Shown here one piece after another: positions 29,180-37,382 of a stretch of DNA of 64,000 nt (positions are counted from its first letter, which is position 1; the number at the start of each line of letters is the position of its first letter). The DNA comes from an uncultured Candidatus Saccharibacteria bacterium. Lineage in GTDB: Bacteria > Patescibacteriota > Saccharimonadia > Saccharimonadales > Saccharimonadaceae. The notes under the pieces were generated by a model. It searched no databases and was not told the origin of the DNA. It was given only the letters and a program-made list of their open reading frames with translations. Made by a program: the position numbers and the translations under genes. The stretch covers positions 127,118 through 191,117 of the forward strand of contig CAUPWH010000001.1 of the NCBI GenBank assembly GCA_963515045.1, read 5' to 3'.

Positions 29180-30418
29180 TCACCTCAATCCGTACACGTC
29201 TAGTAAACTTTCAATTCCCGGCAGTTTTTTACCCGCCATCAGCTCCATACTAGCACCGCCGCCAGTAGAAACATGCGTAAAGCTTTGCCCGTCATGACCA
29301 TCCCACTTTAAAATAAAATCTGCTGTATCGCCGCCGCCAACAATCGATACTACATCCTTATTCTGAGCAATTGCCAAAGCTACTCGCGCCGAACCAATCG
29401 AAAAAATCTTTGTTTCAGTATAACCGAGGGGCCCGTTCCAAATCACCGTTTTCGCAGTTGCCAGGACTTTCGTGAACGCCTCAATTGTCTGGCTGCCAAT
29501 GTCTAGCGCCATATCATCTCTGGCAATTTTATCAACGCTAACCTCGCGGCGAGGTAGTTCGCTATAGGGATCGGGGGCTACCGCCACATCACTTGGCAAA
29601 ACCAAAAAATCATCAACATGATCTATGCCGACCTTTTTTTCTGCTTTATCATAAATGTCCTTAATCACCTGTTCCTGGCCAGATTCAGAGATACTCTTGC
29701 CAATACTGCAGCCGCGGTATTGCAAGAAAGCATTTGCCATAGCGCCGCCAATTAAAATCCGATCAGCCTTATCAATCAAACGCTTGATCAAAGCAATTTT
29801 ATCGCTAACTTTAGCGCCGCCGATAATCGCCACCAGCGGCGGCCGGGGATTTTTCATCGCCTCGGTAATAGTTGTATACTCTTTTTCCAGCAAAAAACCC
29901 GCCACGCCAGGCACGCATAGTGCAATGGCATGCGTACTAGCATGCGCTCGATGCGCTACCGCAAACCCGTCCTGCACGAAATAATCGGCGCGAACTGCCC
30001 GCTGAATTGATTTAGCAAACGTCAAATCATCAGCTTCTTCTTCCGGATAAAAGCGCAGATTTTCTAGCAAAATAACGCTACCCAGAGGCGCACGGCGTAC
30101 TGTTTGGCGTACTTCATCGCCAACACAATCACCAACGAACTGCACTTTCCGGCCTAGCAACTCTGCCAAATGTTTAGCCACTACCTCCAGGCTCAGCTTC
30201 ATATCCCAGCCCTTTGGACGCCCCAAATGCGACATGATAACGATCTTGCAATTTTGTTCCAATAGATACTTTAACGTCGGCAAGGAAGCGCGAATCCGCA
30301 AATCATCGGAAATTGTGCCCTTCTTTGTCAGCGGCACATTGTAATCTGCCCGCACTAAAACAGTCCGCCCGCGCAGATTAACGCCTCTAATTGTCTGTTT
30401 TGAAAATTGTTTGCCCAC
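29180..30418 (-). CDS. pgk: phosphoglycerate kinase
   Basis: RADYNVP, SHLGRPKG, GGGDT, STGGGAS. GTG start. Confidence 0.95.
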   Translation of the reverse strand: MGKQFSKQTIRGVNLRGRTVLVRADYNVPLTKKGTISDDLRIRASLPTLKYLLEQNCKIVIMSHLGRPKGWDMKLSLEVVAKHLAELLGRKVQFVGDCVGDEVRQTVRRAPLGSVILLENLRFYPEEEADDLTFAKSIQRAVRADYFVQDGFAVAHRAHASTHAIALCVPGVAGFLLEKEYTTITEAMKNPRPPLVAIIGGAKVSDKIALIKRLIDKADRILIGGAMANAFLQYRGCSIGKSISESGQEQVIKDIYDKAEKKVGIDHVDDFLVLPSDVAVAPDPYSELPRREVSVDKIARDDMALDIGSQTIEAFTKVLATAKTVIWNGPLGYTETKIFSIGSARVALAIAQNKDVVSIVGGGDTADFILKWDGHDGQSFTHVSTGGGASMELMAGKKLPGIESLLDVYGLR

Positions 30419-30429
30419 CCAATATTTTC

Positions 30430-31851
30430 CTATGACAAAGTCTTAATTTGAATATTATCAGTCTTTCCCGGCTCAGGATGATGACCGCTCACCAGCACAA
30501 CTGTAACTGGATCCTCGCCAAAATAGCCTTCCCGCTTCAATTCCTCAGCCAGCTTCGTCGCAGCGTTCAGCTCATTTGGACGAATGTATGGGCGAGAAGC
30601 ATAGCTTAATGCTAATTTTTGCGCCGTCTTGACATTCTCGGTCACGCAAACAATCGGCAAGTTCGGACGATACGCACCGACATTAACCGCGGTAGCACCA
30701 GTATTAGTTTCAGCAATAATTGCCCGCGCCTTAATTCTTCTAGCCAGCTGCGCCGCCGTGTAGCTTAAAATCGCATCAGTTTTTTCGCGCATCTCAGTCT
30801 TATCTACCATCATCACTTCGCTATGTTCTTGGGTGTAAAGGATCGTCCTGCGCATTGCCCGAACAGTCTCTATAGGATATTTACCATTGGCTGTCTCATC
30901 CGACAACATTACCACATCGGCACCTTGAATGACGGCATTTGCCACATCACTCACTTCAGCGCGAGTCGGCTCGGGATTATCAACCATACTACCCATCATC
31001 TGCGTTGCCACGATCACCAGCTTGCAATATTTACGGCACAAGGCGATAGTTCGCCGCTGCATCACTGGCACAATCTCCGCGCCAGCTTCCACTGCCAAGT
31101 CGCCGCGCGCCACCATAACTCCGTCGCTAGCTTTGACAATTTCTTCCAAATTTTCCGGATCAACTGCTGATTTTGTTTCAATCTTAGCAATGATATCGAC
31201 CGTTGAACCCAATTCCACCAGCCTCTGCCGAAGATCGATAATATCGTCGGCCTTCTGCACAAAGCTAAGCGCCACATAATCAAAGTCCTGCTTAGCGCCC
31301 CACTCCAGATCGGCGATGTCTTTCGGCGTCATAATATCGCCGCCAAAATCCGTATCTGGCAAATTCAGTCCCTTGCGGCTCATCAAAAATCCGTCATTTT
31401 GAACCTCCACGCGAATCGCCGTCGAACTAACAATTTCCCGCACAATCGTCTTAATCTTTCCATCAAACATGTAAAGAGGTTCGCCGACTTTCATCTTTTC
31501 TGCCAAATTATACTGTACCGGCAAATTAAAGCTGCCATCATGTTCGGCAATTTCTGAATCCAGAACTAACATATCGCCAGCCTTAACATTCAGCATGTTA
31601 TCTTTCAGGATACCCAGGCGAATCTTTGGTCCTTGCAAATCCTGTAAAATCGCTACCGGTTTGCCTAGCCTTTGACTAGCCGTACGCACCCAATTAATCT
31701 GCTCCAACCGGCTCTCATTATCGCCATGGCTAAAATTCATGCGAATGCCATTAACGCCAGCGTCCAGCAGTTGAAAAACTTTCTCCTGGCTGAATGTTGC
31801 CGGGCCAATTGTTGCTAATATTTTTGTCCTCTTAAATACATTGTTACTCAT
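30430..31851 (-). CDS. pyk: pyruvate kinase
   Basis: TKILATIGP, NFSHG, MVARGDLAVE, TQMM.SM. Confidence 0.9.
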   Translation of the reverse strand: MSNNVFKRTKILATIGPATFSQEKVFQLLDAGVNGIRMNFSHGDNESRLEQINWVRTASQRLGKPVAILQDLQGPKIRLGILKDNMLNVKAGDMLVLDSEIAEHDGSFNLPVQYNLAEKMKVGEPLYMFDGKIKTIVREIVSSTAIRVEVQNDGFLMSRKGLNLPDTDFGGDIMTPKDIADLEWGAKQDFDYVALSFVQKADDIIDLRQRLVELGSTVDIIAKIETKSAVDPENLEEIVKASDGVMVARGDLAVEAGAEIVPVMQRRTIALCRKYCKLVIVATQMMGSMVDNPEPTRAEVSDVANAVIQGADVVMLSDETANGKYPIETVRAMRRTILYTQEHSEVMMVDKTEMREKTDAILSYTAAQLARRIKARAIIAETNTGATAVNVGAYRPNLPIVCVTENVKTAQKLALSYASRPYIRPNELNAATKLAEELKREGYFGEDPVTVVLVSGHHPEPGKTDNIQIKTLS

Positions 31852-31970
31852 TTTTCAAATTATAACACTATTTAAACAGATATAGTAGTGGTACTACGGC
31901 ATATTAATCCGATTAATTTTCAGCAATATTAGCCCTTATTCAATTATGTAAATCATTTACAATAACTAAT

Positions 31971-32690
31971 TCACACCCCCGGCACCGTCCAATACTCCTG
32001 AACAATGGCTTGGACTTGCGATGGTTGGGTTGTTAAGGCTTGTTCCCAGGTCATGCCGGTGTCTTTTTGGAAAGAGGACATAGCTTGGATTAGGCTTTCG
32101 ATTTGAGTGTGAGTAATGGTACTGCCTGCGGCGGATTTGAAGGTTTCGATTTTATAGTTGTCGCCGCTGTACCATGAGCTAATTGTAATAGCATCTATAG
32201 AGCCAGGCATACGGACACGTAGGTCATTATTTACACGCTCAAAAACCACGCCGATCGATTCGTGTCCCAGACGAATCTCGTCGGCTTTACCGTTCACGTC
32301 ACAAACCGTATCTTCCCCATCTCCCTTGTTGAAGATGTAGACGTCGTCACCTTCGCCGCCTTTGAGATAGTCTTTGCCTTGACCGCCGATGAGGGTATCG
32401 TTGCCGGCTTTGCCTTCGAGAGTGTCGTTGCCGGCGTCGCCGTAGAGGAGATCGTTACTGGCTGCTCCAATAAGAGTATCATTACCGTCACCCGCAGTAA
32501 TAACATTATCTCTGTCTACAACCCCGTTAATACTATCACCCGCATCAGTACCTGTCATAGTCGTAAGTGGAGCAGTATCAATAATTCTCTGATATTTAAT
32601 CGACTTTTTAGCAAAATGTTCGCGTAAATGAGTAAATTCTGTATCTGAAACAAGTCCGCGACCGCGCAGCGCTCGCGTTACTTCTGCCAA
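31971..32690 (-). CDS. hemolysin-type calcium-binding (RTX) repeat protein, probably the C-terminal remnant of a larger gene
   Basis: GGxGxD nonapeptide repeats (GDGNDTLIG, GDAGNDTLEG, GKAGNDTLIG, GGQGKDYLKG, GGEGDDVYIF). These are followed by an HCBP_related-like segment (ITISSWYSGDNYKIETFKSAAG). The ORF opens only 7 codons upstream of a TTG, with no ATG. Confidence 0.6.
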   Translation of the reverse strand: MAEVTRALRGRGLVSDTEFTHLREHFAKKSIKYQRIIDTAPLTTMTGTDAGDSINGVVDRDNVITAGDGNDTLIGAASNDLLYGDAGNDTLEGKAGNDTLIGGQGKDYLKGGEGDDVYIFNKGDGEDTVCDVNGKADEIRLGHESIGVVFERVNNDLRVRMPGSIDAITISSWYSGDNYKIETFKSAAGSTITHTQIESLIQAMSSFQKDTGMTWEQALTTQPSQVQAIVQEYWTVPGV

Positions 32691-32740
32691 TATTTTTCGC
32701 CAGTTACCGCGTCAGATTGAAGTTGTTCATCTAAGTGTAG

Positions 32741-33305
32741 ATACTCTCCAGAAATACCGTATATAAGCCTCCTAAAATCGGCGCTTTAGTGGCAGTTGGT
32801 GAGCTAACCAATATAAATGTGGAACTCCTTTTTCGCGATTTGTTTGTACTGCGAGATCGCTTCAAGGAGCTTGGTATGGTTATCAAAAATGGCGAGGTGT
32901 ATTTGCCGGATTTGGAGGAGCGCGGACTTACGAATAGCCCGAAAAAGCGTTATTATCGAAAGCCCGTTTCTCAGAACTGCCCGAGCTGAAAGATTCATCC
33001 CGATATTTCATCGGCTCAAAAAGCGTGGCGTGGCAATATTACTTAACACCAAACCGCTTGAAGAATACGACGAAATATACAAATTGCAAGTCCAAAAATC
33101 TCTAAGTTCACTACAGTCTGCGGGTGTCGACGTTCTTTTTACAGTCAAACATCACCGTAAATTAGCCATCATCGACAGAAAAATTATTTACGACGCGGTC
33201 GGATTCCTGAAATTCATGCAGCGGTTTGCGTACGTCGCTAGCAAGAATGAGGAGTTTGATTTTGAGGGGTTTTTGGAGAAATATAAAAAATCTTCGGACT
33301 CTTAA
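32741..33305 (+). pseudogene. PLD-family (Nuc-like, HxKx4D) nuclease, frameshifted near 32.92 kb and lacking an ATG
   Basis: Frame A (32741-32989) reads ...FKELGMVIKNGEVYLPDLEE. Frame B continues LRIARKSVIIESPFL...FHRLKKRGVAILLN...SAGVDVLFTVKHHRKLAIID (HRKLAIID fits HxKx4D). Layout resembles small Nuc-type PLD nucleases. No clear GSxN follows. Confidence 0.45.
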
Positions 33306-33318
33306 TACTCAATGATGT

Positions 33319-34992
33319 CTAGCTAGAGAGTAGGTTTTTAATTTTTGACTTAATGTTAGTATATATTACCGATAGTCTGTCTTTGGCATCTTGTGTAAGC
33401 CTTGATGTATGCATTAGTGCATTACGAATTGGCATAAAGGCCTTTTCATCACATATGCCACTGTCTTCTGCATAATTATTTTGCGATAAGTAAGCTAAGT
33501 AGGTCAACCGCTCCAAATCTAGATAGAATAAATCGTCGTTATCTTGACGTATATCTATAGATAGATTACTCTTGTTCTTCCTCTTTATTTCCATTTCTCG
33601 GTAACGCTTGATTTGCTTCCTCGCTATACAATCAGGATCTGTGTTATCATCAATAGTTATGGATTGATATCTTATTAACTTTCGAGTGAGGTTTTCTAAT
33701 ATGAAGCATTCCGTATACGATTGAAGGTTAAAAGTAGCATCCTCTTCAAGCTCATTTATCCATTTTTTTATTCTTTTAATAGGCTCTGAATTATCGGGTA
33801 AATCTGGCTTATATTCGTTTACAGTCTCGTTGTATAATTTCTTTGATGCACGCTCCTTCTGTGAAAAACGCGGGTTATCATTATCTCCATCTTGCTTGAT
33901 TTCAATACGCCACTTATCCCATTGGTCAATTATAGATTTAACAACCGGCTTTATATCTTCAAGCAACTCAAGAAATAGCGCATCGTCAGACACTATTCCT
34001 TCACGACTACTAGTAAATCTATCAATCTCGTCTCCGTCAAGATCGTTATAGTGGATTTGTCCGTACATATAACTTTCTGGTATTCTCGCGCTTTGAATAT
34101 GCTTTAGTATATCCCGCTCGCGAAGCCGACCGTTAACGAACAAGTCTACTCCAACTTTTTCTCCGGTTCCTAGTATATTTAGGTCTTTTGGTTTTTTGAC
34201 CGAGGCTATGAAGCCACTAATGTTCTTGTTGAACCTGACACTCTCTGTACGAGAGGCTAATGTTGAAAGGGTATAGATAAGTGAATCCTGACTTTTATTA
34301 ATTGGCCACAAAAATTGAGTCCTATCGGTTAAATCTTTTATGTCGTCTAGATTTATTTCATTACCATCAACGTAAATCTTGAAACTTTCATCAACGAGAG
34401 AGAAGCGAAAATATAGTGCAATAGCTTTTCGTATATTCTCTAATGTATTGACTATACCGCCCTTAAGATTAACGAACTTGATAATAGTCCCTTGTTCCAT
34501 TCCGCCAAGCAACTTTATATCTTCACTAGAAAGCGCTCCTAGCTTGTATGATTCGTGATCTCTGTCATCTTGTATAGCCTCATCTAGCTCGCTGTTGTCT
34601 ATCACTCCACCGGTGACTGGCTCACCAGCTTTCTTCGTCACTATAACGACGCGGTTAGCGCACGAAAGGAGGGCTAGTTTTCCAATTCCTTTTCTACCTA
34701 TATACGGACGACCTTTTCGTGAGTTTGACCCATTTGTCCGTTTTGAGTAGCCAATCCTTAAAAACTTGCCACTAAAATCAGATACGGACATACCGTCGCC
34801 ATCATCAATAACGAGCATTTCTGATTTTTCTCTATTTATGATAATTTTGACATTATCAGCATCTGCATCCCAAGAATTAGATATAGCCTCACCTAGTATG
34901 GTTATAAAATTTCTATAAAGATTTCTACCGAGACTGTTTAGTACTGCTAGAGATATATTGAAAGTAAATTGACTATCTTTTTCGTCGTTCAT
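33319..34992 (-). CDS. GHKL (HATPase_c_3-type) ATPase with a C-terminal HEPN-like Rx4H motif
   Basis: Bergerat-fold motifs: LGEAISNSWDADA (N box), IDDGDGMS (DxGxG), GRKGIGKLALLS (G2). The C-terminal ~150 aa end in FMPIRNALMHTSRL (R-x4-H) about 40 aa from the end. 4-nt ATGA overlap with the upstream methyltransferase. Confidence 0.7.
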   Translation of the reverse strand: MNDEKDSQFTFNISLAVLNSLGRNLYRNFITILGEAISNSWDADADNVKIIINREKSEMLVIDDGDGMSVSDFSGKFLRIGYSKRTNGSNSRKGRPYIGRKGIGKLALLSCANRVVIVTKKAGEPVTGGVIDNSELDEAIQDDRDHESYKLGALSSEDIKLLGGMEQGTIIKFVNLKGGIVNTLENIRKAIALYFRFSLVDESFKIYVDGNEINLDDIKDLTDRTQFLWPINKSQDSLIYTLSTLASRTESVRFNKNISGFIASVKKPKDLNILGTGEKVGVDLFVNGRLRERDILKHIQSARIPESYMYGQIHYNDLDGDEIDRFTSSREGIVSDDALFLELLEDIKPVVKSIIDQWDKWRIEIKQDGDNDNPRFSQKERASKKLYNETVNEYKPDLPDNSEPIKRIKKWINELEEDATFNLQSYTECFILENLTRKLIRYQSITIDDNTDPDCIARKQIKRYREMEIKRKNKSNLSIDIRQDNDDLFYLDLERLTYLAYLSQNNYAEDSGICDEKAFMPIRNALMHTSRLTQDAKDRLSVIYTNIKSKIKNLLSS

Positions 34993-36044
34993 AATTTTAT
35001 ATTCTCCAAATGCTCATTAATAGACATGCCAATAATTTTTCCTAAATCAACCGGTACAGCGTTACCTATGTGCCTGCTAATTGTGCCGATTGAAACATTG
35101 TTGACGTCTTCAAAGAATTTATAATCTCTTGGGAAGGTCTGGAGTAGCGCACCCTCTCTGAGAGATATTGCTCTATCTTGCTCAGGATGACCATAACGAC
35201 CAGTACCGAATGAATAAAATTGCGTTGTAACAGTCGGCGAAGGTTTGTCCCACTCCATGCGACCATACACGCTGCCGAATGATTTGCCGGACGGCTTTTT
35301 GTAGCACTCTGGCAATAGTGATTCATCCCAGTCTCGCCACGTGCCGCCTGGCTTTGATTGTTTAATTCTCTTGAGATTTATCTCGGTTAATCCAGCACTT
35401 CTATGAAGAGGGTCGCTTTCGTCAATTTGTCCTTGAGATATCACAGGCAATCCCGATAATACGTCTCTGACGGTAAGTTTTTTCTCTATGGAGGTTTCTG
35501 GAATTAGTTGAATATCACCGTGTTTTGATGCCAATAAAACAAGTCGACGACGCTTTTGCGGTAGTCCGTATTTGCTACAGTCAACTATTTTGTAGCTTGT
35601 GTGATAACCTAATTCATCTAGTTTACCCAGAAAATCTTCGAATATGTCGTACTTATGAAGTTCTGGAACATTTTCCATAGATACAATGTCTGGTTTTATA
35701 TCTTCAATATACTGAGCAAACGACCTTAATAAATTCCAGCGGACGTCCGTCTTGGTGTCTATACTTTTACGGTATTTGTTGGCGTGACGCGAAAATCTTT
35801 GACAGGGTGCACAGCCGACTAGAACCTTAATATCGGCTTCTCCAAACATATTATCTACGTCTGAGCTTGGTAACTTTGATACATCCGCTTCAATAAATTT
35901 TGTATGATTGTTTTCTTCGTAGGCGTATCGGCATGTTGCATCATTATCTATGCCAGCAACGACGTCTAAGCCAGCTTTTTTCAGGCCGCAAGTCAACCCA
36001 CCTACGCCGCAAAACAGGTCTACGACGGCAACGTTATTATTCAT
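34989..36044 (-). CDS. dcm: DNA (cytosine-5)-methyltransferase
   Basis: All hallmark motifs are present: I DLFCGVGG, IV GCAPCQRFS, VI ENV, VIII QKRRR, IX REGALLQTFP, X GNAVPV. Confidence 0.9.
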   Translation of the reverse strand: MNNNVAVVDLFCGVGGLTCGLKKAGLDVVAGIDNDATCRYAYEENNHTKFIEADVSKLPSSDVDNMFGEADIKVLVGCAPCQRFSRHANKYRKSIDTKTDVRWNLLRSFAQYIEDIKPDIVSMENVPELHKYDIFEDFLGKLDELGYHTSYKIVDCSKYGLPQKRRRLVLLASKHGDIQLIPETSIEKKLTVRDVLSGLPVISQGQIDESDPLHRSAGLTEINLKRIKQSKPGGTWRDWDESLLPECYKKPSGKSFGSVYGRMEWDKPSPTVTTQFYSFGTGRYGHPEQDRAISLREGALLQTFPRDYKFFEDVNNVSIGTISRHIGNAVPVDLGKIIGMSINEHLENIKL

Positions 36045-36080
36045 GTCTATAGTATAGCAACATATACCACTTGCGCCTAG

Positions 36081-36889
36081 CTAAAGTCTCAGAATCAACT
36101 CCGCCTTAATCTGCGACTTTTTCTTCAGCTGCTTTTTGGTTTTGGCGGCTTCTCTTGACGAAGCCCTGATAGAACTTTTTCGCGCAGAAAACTCTTCTCG
36201 TTTCCTAGCAAATTCCTTTCGTGAATGTTTAACGATTTCATCTCGTACTGTTTCGTCGCCTTCATTTTCAGGCAATAAAGTCTGTCCGGATAGTGGGACT
36301 TGCACATGAACTGCCGCCAGCCAGGCGTAGTAATTATACACAGGCAGGTTACTGATTTCACCCGGCTCAATGTATGGGCTAAACATTGGTAGCAAACGTT
36401 GTTCATCCTGCGGATTGCCGGTTTGAAAACAGATGGTTAGCTAGAGTTATGTCGACCGTCTGCTGATCGCTTTGCTGTGAAGTAGACTGCTCTGCCACGA
36501 TCACGAAAACTTTATATTTACGACTTTCAGATAGCATTTGCACAAATGAGGTTGTGGCGAAATTTTGGAACTCATTGACGTAAATATAGAACGCGCTGTT
36601 GCAATCGGGCGCACCGCAGACTTGCGAGCTGAAGCTTCGTAAGTACAGTAATGCCAAATAACTCAGAAGTATCTTCACCGAGCAATCTTTTCGATAAATT
36701 ACAGATCGGGATTTTGCCCGAGTTGATAATATCATCAAAATCAACGGTAGACTTCAATTGTTCAAGGATCTGTTTAGCTGAAGCCGAAAACAAGAATCGA
36801 CCAATTTTAGCAGTGATACCGGCTGCCATTTTTACTTTCTGCATATCGCCAGCTTTGCCAAATTCATTTTTCCAAAAGTTGCCAAACAA
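36081..36889 (-). pseudogene. T4SS coupling protein (TraG/TraD/VirD4-like) C-terminal remnant, in at least 3 frames
   Basis: Three consecutive minus-strand ORF pieces in different frames. They read ...SGKIPICNLSKRLLGEDTSELFGITVLTKLQLASL.. / ..FYIYVNEFQNFATTSFVQMLSESRKYKVFVIVAEQSTSQ.. / ..GEISNLPVYNYYAWL... This is the (D/N)EFQNF...SE.RKY signature. The N-terminal Walker A part is missing. Confidence 0.55.
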
Positions 36890-37121
36890 CCGAATTTACA
36901 AGCTGAATTTGACCAGGTTTTACAATATGGAAAATATATTTTGGAACACCCTTCAGAGCTGCTACTTGATCTCTGTAATCCACTGCGAAAAGCCACCTTT
37001 TTCGGTGCTATATTTAACAAGCTCCCAACATACGACAAAATAAACTTTGGAACCCACAAAAATAGCTCGCCACCAGAGGTAAACGAGCTATTTCAAATCC
37101 GAATGTAATATAAAACCCTTA

Positions 37122-37196
37122 TGGTGACCTTACCGGGAATCGAACCCGGGTTGCCAGGATGAGAACCTGGTGTCCTAACCGCTAGACGATAAGGCC
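37122..37196 (-). tRNA. tRNA-Glu (anticodon CTC), CCA encoded
   Basis: The reverse complement GGCCTTATCGTCTAGCGGTTAGGACACCAGGTTCTCATCCTGGCAACCCGGGTTCGATTCCCGGTAAGGTCACCA folds as a cloverleaf. The anticodon loop is TTCTCAT. Confidence 0.9.
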
Positions 37197-37279
37197 TCAA
37201 CGTCAGTTATTGTAGCAGAAACCTATCTCTGTGTCTATACGCGTATAACAAAATAGTTCTTACACTCACCAATCGTTTA

Positions 37280-37308
37280 TTGACTTTTCTAAAAATATTC
37301 TGTATAAT
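37280..37308 (+). promoter_or_regulatory. near-consensus sigma70 promoter (TTGACT-17 nt-TATAAT)
   Basis: TTGACT at 37280-37285, a 17-nt spacer, TATAAT at 37303-37308. It lies about 75 nt upstream of the LPXTG protein gene, which has its own AAGGAGG. Confidence 0.6.
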
Positions 37309-37382
37309 AACAATTATTAAATGCAGATTTAATAATGTGTTAGCTGGCGGTGGAGCTGGCTAACAGTAAGGAGGAGCGATGC

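Noticed and set aside
31852-31970. Search for an att-type direct repeat of the tRNA-Glu 3' end, and for an integrase, to call an intact mobile element
   Set aside because: No copy of the tRNA 3' segment (TGGTGACCTTACCGGGAATCGAACC) is visible at the pyk-proximal boundary, and no integrase or recombinase ORF lies in the island. It is therefore reported only as a decayed island, not as a mobile_element feature.
32900-32990. Programmed ribosomal frameshift as an explanation for the two-frame PLD nuclease
   Set aside because: No slippery heptamer or downstream structure is evident. The ORF also lacks an ATG and a clean GSxN motif, so decay is more parsimonious.
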